Assembly: GCA_963717065.1 (NCBI GenBank)
Contig: CAVQVC010000001.1
Coordinates: 199,643 to 263,642, forward strand
Origin: an uncultured Chloroflexia bacterium
Lineage (GTDB): Bacteria; Chloroflexota; Dehalococcoidia; SM23-28-2; RBG-16-64-32
DNA length: 64,000 bases
Reading direction: 5' to 3'
Under the pieces are notes generated by a model. That model was given only the letters and a program-made list of their open reading frames with translations. It was not told where the DNA came from and ran no database searches. This document shows positions 60,150 to 64,000 of this stretch, piece after piece. The translations under genes were made by a program, and so were the position numbers. Position 1 is the first letter of the stretch. Each line of letters begins with the position of its first letter.

Positions 60150-60950
60150 CTACTTTCCCTGGAACACCGGCGGCCGCTTCTCCACGAACGCCCGCGCCGC
60201 CTCCATGTGGTCCTGCGTCATCCCCGTCATGATCATCCCCTCCGCCTCCGCGTCCAGTAGCTTCGGGAACTCGCTCACCAGGGCCAGGTTCATGTTCTGC
60301 TTCATCCGCTTGAGCGCGATTGGAGGCCCGTTCGTGATCTTGCCAGCCAGCGCCATCGTCTCCTCGCGCAACTTGTCGTCAGGGAATGTCCGGTTGAACA
60401 GCCCGATCCGCTCAGCCTCCTTTGCGTCGATCAGCTCGCCCGTGAAATACAGCTCACGCGCCTTTGCCGGCCCGATCAGCCGCTGCATGTGCCAGGTGCC
60501 GCCGAAGTCACCGGAGAAACCCACTCGGGCGAACGCGCTCCCCACGCGCGCGCTCTCCGCCGCGTACCGGATGTCGCAGGCAAGCGCCAGGCTGAGGCCC
60601 GCTCCCGCGACAGCGCCGTTGATCATCGCGATCGTAGGCTTCGCCATCTCGTGCAGCAGGCGCGAAGACTCCTCTTGCTCGCGCAGCCGGGCTACGGGGT
60701 CGGCCGTCATGCCTGAAACCGCTTCGCCGCTGGCCATAGCGCTTACGTCTCCGCCGGCGCAGAAGCCGCGTCCCGAACCCGTGAGCACAACACATCGGAC
60801 GTCGTCGTCATCAGCCAGCGCTTGAAGGGTCCCCGGCAGCGCGCTCAGCAACTCCTGGTTCAGGGCGTTCAGCTTCTCCGGGCGGTTAAGCGTTACCGTC
60901 GCCAGATGGTCCTGCACGTCAACGAGAACGGACTCTGTTGTGGTCGTCAT
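60150..60950 (-). CDS. enoyl-CoA hydratase/isomerase family protein (crotonase), intact
   Basis: VTLNRPEKLNAL...GSGRGFCAGGD...INGAVAGAGLSLALACDIRYAAESA. 266 aa. Confidence 0.85.
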   Translation of the reverse strand: MTTTTESVLVDVQDHLATVTLNRPEKLNALNQELLSALPGTLQALADDDDVRCVVLTGSGRGFCAGGDVSAMASGEAVSGMTADPVARLREQEESSRLLHEMAKPTIAMINGAVAGAGLSLALACDIRYAAESARVGSAFARVGFSGDFGGTWHMQRLIGPAKARELYFTGELIDAKEAERIGLFNRTFPDDKLREETMALAGKITNGPPIALKRMKQNMNLALVSEFPKLLDAEAEGMIMTGMTQDHMEAARAFVEKRPPVFQGK

Positions 60951-61116
60951 GAGGTTCCTCCGAACGTCTGAATCGGCCGTCTCTCGCTTGAGCCGGCGCT
61001 CGCAAACGCCATCATAGGCCCGCGCCGCGCTCGATGAAAAGTGCCCCGAAAACGCTCATTTCACGTCTGAAACCGTAATTAGTAACAAGAATCCAGAAAA
61101 TAGTGCTCGCAATGGG

Positions 61117-61145
61117 TTGACTTAGGAGCGCGTATCTATATGCTA
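61117..61145 (+). promoter_or_regulatory. putative sigma70-type promoter (TTGACT -35, about 16 bp spacer, TATGCT -10) in an AT-rich island
   Basis: Only strongly AT-rich intergenic stretch in the window. About 50 nt upstream of the DUF5679 ORF. Confidence 0.35.
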
Positions 61146-61195
61146 GGCGAGGTAGAAAACGTAAAGCCAGCCCTAGCCTGTAAGGGGGTTTACAT

Positions 61196-61339
61196 ATGGA
61201 AGGTTACTGCCTGAAGTGCCGCACCAAGCGGGAGATGAAGAACTCGACCAAGGTGACGTTGAAGAACGGGCGCCCCGCCACGCAGGGCACCTGTCCAGTC
61301 TGCGGCACCAAGATCACCGTAATCGGTAAGGGCACGTAA
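61196..61339 (+). CDS. DUF5679-type zinc-ribbon mini-protein (47 aa)
   Basis: MEGYCLKCRTKREMKNSTKVTLKNGRPATQGTCPVCGTKITVIGKGT with CxxC...CxxC. AAGGGGG RBS 8 nt upstream. Below the 60-aa cutoff of the ORF track. Confidence 0.65.
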   Translation: MEGYCLKCRTKREMKNSTKVTLKNGRPATQGTCPVCGTKITVIGKGT

Positions 61340-61396
61340 CCCGAACAGTAACCGGGCTACGGGGCCGTTAGAGGCTCCAACATCAGCGGCGTCTGG

Positions 61397-61424
61397 CGCG
61401 GGCGGAAATGCCCGCGTCTTCGCT
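61397..61424 (+). terminator. possible intrinsic terminator hairpin CGCGGGC-GGAAAT-GCCCGCG followed by TCTTCGCT
   Basis: Perfect 7-bp GC stem 58 nt after the DUF5679 stop. U-tract weak. Confidence 0.3.
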
Positions 61425-61441
61425 GTCCGGGAGTCGGACCC

Positions 61442-62284
61442 ATGATTGAGCGCGTCGATCGTATGCAGCTCGCCGTTCGTGACCGCTCGGAAGCGGCCGC
61501 AACGTTCGCCGTTGTCCTCGGCGCTGAGAAAGTGGACGAAGACGACGTCCGGACACTGGCAGCGCATCGCACGACAGTTCGGGCCGGCGCAGCCGAGTTC
61601 GAGCTGCTGGAGCCTGCCGGAGACGGCCCTGTCGCCGACCACCTCGCTCGCTGGCCGGAGGGCATCTTCGCCGGTGGCTTCGCCAGCCTCGACATCCCCG
61701 ATATCGAACGCCGCCTGTCAGACAAGGGCATCGAGTATGTCGAGGAGGGCGGCCAGCTCTTTATCGACGCGTCCCAGACCCGCGGTATGCGCATGGTGGT
61801 CAGTCCACTCGTGGACATCAACGGCCCGGGCCTCATCAGCCACCTCTACGAAGTCACAAACATCGTCAGTGATCACAAGGAGGCGGCCGCGTTCTACGCC
61901 GACGCTTTCGGACTCGATGCTACTCGCTTCTGCCCGATCAACAGCGATCACTGGGGCTACGTGGGTACTCTCACCCTCTTCGACCCGCCCACCCACCTCG
62001 ATCGCATTGAGATCACACAGACCAATAAGCCGCTGGCCATGGGCCGCTTCTTCGAGCGCCGAGGCGACTCCGTATACATGTGTTACGCCGAAACAGAGGA
62101 CACGGGCCCGATAATCCGAGCCCTGGAAGACCGCGGTGCCCGCTACACGGCGGGCCGCGAGGACGGCGGCGGCAACATGTTCATCCATCCCACCGCTCTC
62201 TGCGGAATGCTGATGGGGATCAGCCGCACCAATCTCGCCTGGACGTGGTCCGGACGCCCCGAACTCGCGAAAGCCGCCCGCTAG
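61442..62284 (+). CDS. two-domain VOC family protein (glyoxalase/extradiol-dioxygenase-like)
   Basis: Two βαβββ modules (MQLAVRD...FELLEP and HLYEVTNIVSDHKEAAAFY...). 280 aa. Confidence 0.65.
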   Translation: MIERVDRMQLAVRDRSEAAATFAVVLGAEKVDEDDVRTLAAHRTTVRAGAAEFELLEPAGDGPVADHLARWPEGIFAGGFASLDIPDIERRLSDKGIEYVEEGGQLFIDASQTRGMRMVVSPLVDINGPGLISHLYEVTNIVSDHKEAAAFYADAFGLDATRFCPINSDHWGYVGTLTLFDPPTHLDRIEITQTNKPLAMGRFFERRGDSVYMCYAETEDTGPIIRALEDRGARYTAGREDGGGNMFIHPTALCGMLMGISRTNLAWTWSGRPELAKAAR

Positions 62285-62287
62285 GCT

Positions 62288-63541
62288 CTAGACTGCCGCC
62301 GGCAGCCCCACCGTCACCGTCGTCCCTTCGCCGCGCCTGCTTTCGATGCCGATCGTCCCCTTGTGTACCTCCGCGATCCATTTGGCGATCGATAATCCGA
62401 GCCCACTGCCGCCCAGTTCCCGCGAACGGGCCTTGTCCGCCCGATAAAACCGCTCGAAGATCCTCGGCAGCGCCTCTTCGGGTATGCCGCGGCCGTTGTC
62501 AGACACTTCGAGGAGTACCTTGTCGCCTGCGGGGCGTATGCCAACCGTCACCGAAGCCCCCGCCTCGCTGTATTTCATGGAATTGTCCAGCAGTATCGTC
62601 AGCAGTTCTCGTAACCGGAGCGCGTCGCCGGACACCATAGTGTCGCCGGAAGCCTGCGCGCTGATCGATATGCCCTTCTCGGAGGCCAGCAGCCTCATCT
62701 CCCGCACCGTGTCTTCCGCCAGCTCGCCCAGGTTCACCGCCGCGAAGCTCTGCGCGGGTAGGCTCGACTCCGCACGCGCCAGGGTCAGCATCTGTGTGAC
62801 CAATGCGTTCAGCCGGTCCGTCTCCTGGATGATGTCATCGACCGAGGCGATGTTCTCTGTCAGCGGCCTGGCGCTTTCTCGCTTGAGGATCTCCGCATTC
62901 GCCCGAATGAGTGCCAGCGGCGTGCGCAGCTCGTGCGAAGCGTCCGCGACGAACTCCTGCTGTTTGTCCATCGCCGTCTTTATCGGGGTCAGTGCCCGTC
63001 CTGCCAGCCAGAAGCCGCCAACCAGCGCCATACCCAAGCCCACCGCGGCACCGCCGACAAGGATGAAAAGTAGTTGCCGCAGGGCCTGCCGTTCCGGCTC
63101 AGTACTCCTCCCAACCTGCAGGTAGAGCGTCTCGCCCTGTAACGTCTGGATTGGCTGCACGTAAATGCGGAGATCGTCGCCGTCGGAGCTCGTGGTATTC
63201 ACGTAGCTGACGCCGGACGACGGCAATGAGCCCTCCGTCGCTAGTCCTGCCGGATCGATGTTGCTCGTCGAACGCAGCACGTCTCCCTGCGGCGTCGTGA
63301 TCGCGTAGAAATAACCGCCTGCCGTCACGATCTGGAGCGCGTCTTGCCCTATGGGGTCGAATCGCTGCGCTGCCAGCGGCCTCAACACCTCTCGTTGCGC
63401 CCGCGCCTCCAGGTCATTGTCCACCCCGTCAAAGAGGGCGCGCCTCGCCGAAGCAAAGACAGCGACTCCGATAACCACCATGATGACGGCCACCGTTGCC
63501 GCGAACCAGATCGTCAGGCGCCATCTCGCCCTCCGGAACAA
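62288..63541 (-). CDS. sensor histidine kinase (TM-sensor-TM-HAMP-HisKA-HATPase_c)
   Basis: H-box ADASHELRTPLALIRANAEIL. N, G1 and G2 boxes (DNGRGIPEEALPRIFERFYR, GGSGLGLSI). Confidence 0.85.
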   Translation of the reverse strand: MFRRARWRLTIWFAATVAVIMVVIGVAVFASARRALFDGVDNDLEARAQREVLRPLAAQRFDPIGQDALQIVTAGGYFYAITTPQGDVLRSTSNIDPAGLATEGSLPSSGVSYVNTTSSDGDDLRIYVQPIQTLQGETLYLQVGRSTEPERQALRQLLFILVGGAAVGLGMALVGGFWLAGRALTPIKTAMDKQQEFVADASHELRTPLALIRANAEILKRESARPLTENIASVDDIIQETDRLNALVTQMLTLARAESSLPAQSFAAVNLGELAEDTVREMRLLASEKGISISAQASGDTMVSGDALRLRELLTILLDNSMKYSEAGASVTVGIRPAGDKVLLEVSDNGRGIPEEALPRIFERFYRADKARSRELGGSGLGLSIAKWIAEVHKGTIGIESRRGEGTTVTVGLPAAV

Positions 63542-63544
63542 CAG

Positions 63545-64000
63545 CTAGTCCCCCAACGCGTAGCCAATACCGCGAACGGTGCGGATCAGTTGCCGCCCAT
63601 GGCCCCTGTCCACCTTGCGGCGCAGGTATGCCACGTAGACGTCCACCAGGTTCGATTCGCTGTCGTAGTCGTAGCCCCAGAGGTGGTCCAGGATCTGCGT
63701 GCGCGTCACAACTCGCCCCTCGTTGCGCATCAGGTACTCGAGGAGGCTGAACTCCTTAGGACTGAGATCGATGGTTTGCTGGGAGCGCTGTGCGCGTCTT
63801 CGCCTGAGGTCCAGCACTAGATCCTCCACCTGCAGCTCAGAGGCCTCGCGCGCCGCGACTTTCCTCCGGCCCAACGCCCTCAGCCTTGCCAGCAACTCCT
63901 GGAACGCGAACGGCTTCGGAAGATAGTCGTCGGCGCCGGCGTCCAGGCCGCGTACCCGGTCGTCCACTCCGTCCAGCGCCGTCAGGAGGAGAACCGGCGT
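63545..64000 (-). CDS. OmpR-family response regulator (N-terminus beyond window end)
   Basis: C-terminal winged helix LSPKEFSLLEYLMRNEGRVVTRTQILDHLWG...VYVAYLRRKV...IRTVRGIGYAL. Receiver domain residues DDYLPKPFAF. The ORF continues past 64000. Confidence 0.85.
   Translation of the reverse strand, partial: TPVLLLTALDGVDDRVRGLDAGADDYLPKPFAFQELLARLRALGRRKVAAREASELQVEDLVLDLRRRRAQRSQQTIDLSPKEFSLLEYLMRNEGRVVTRTQILDHLWGYDYDSESNLVDVYVAYLRRKVDRGHGRQLIRTVRGIGYALGD

Overview
High-GC (about 65-70%) bacterial chromosomal segment with around 70 protein-coding genes and no rRNA, tRNA, CRISPR array, integrase or transposase. Gene content:
- Respiratory and oxidative-stress genes: NuoB, NuoI, NuoG, a Ni-superoxide dismutase (SodN) divergent from its SodX peptidase, and a Bcp peroxiredoxin.
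- Transport: a MarR-MMPL operon, a MarR-MFS(DHA2) operon, two ABC systems, another MFS, an MgtC-like protein and a two-Cys (PF03773-like) permease.
- Metabolic: a coxM/S/L-type molybdo-hydroxylase cluster with MocA, a methylmalonyl-CoA mutase family catalytic subunit, three crotonases, an orphan hydantoinase B (hyuB), pyrE, dut, dinB, a LOG-family protein, and a histidine kinase with an OmpR-type regulator that is cut by the window end.
- Two adjacent J-domain/TM/FKBP fusion proteins.

Two things stand out.
1. A family of short palindromic MITE-like repeats with GTCAYYCTGAGG(AACG) termini occurs in at least 9 copies between 25.5 and 54.9 kb. Six copies sit inside coding sequences (five in hyuB, one in an MBL-fold hydrolase), adding 20-45 aa peptide loops, which is analogous to Rickettsia palindromic elements. 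One complete copy with 16-bp terminal inverted repeats lies in a promoter region.
2. At least 11 genes carry +/-1 frameshifts, almost all at G/C homopolymer runs: sodN, nuoG, a 2-hydroxyacid dehydrogenase, coxS, coxL (about 8-10 shifts), midA, an APH/AAA kinase, two crotonases, the permease, and hyuB inside a repeat. This is either an error-prone assembly or real gene decay; only read-level data can tell.

Homopolymer-associated indels are characteristic of 454, Ion Torrent or nanopore data. Alternatively the host has a lineage-specific tendency to slip at G/C runs. In either case, 'pseudogene' labels in this window are provisional.

Taxonomy cannot be fixed from the sequence. The gene repertoire (DUF5679, J-FKBP fusions, scattered nuo genes) is compatible with a Chloroflexota/Thermomicrobia-like or actinobacterial host.
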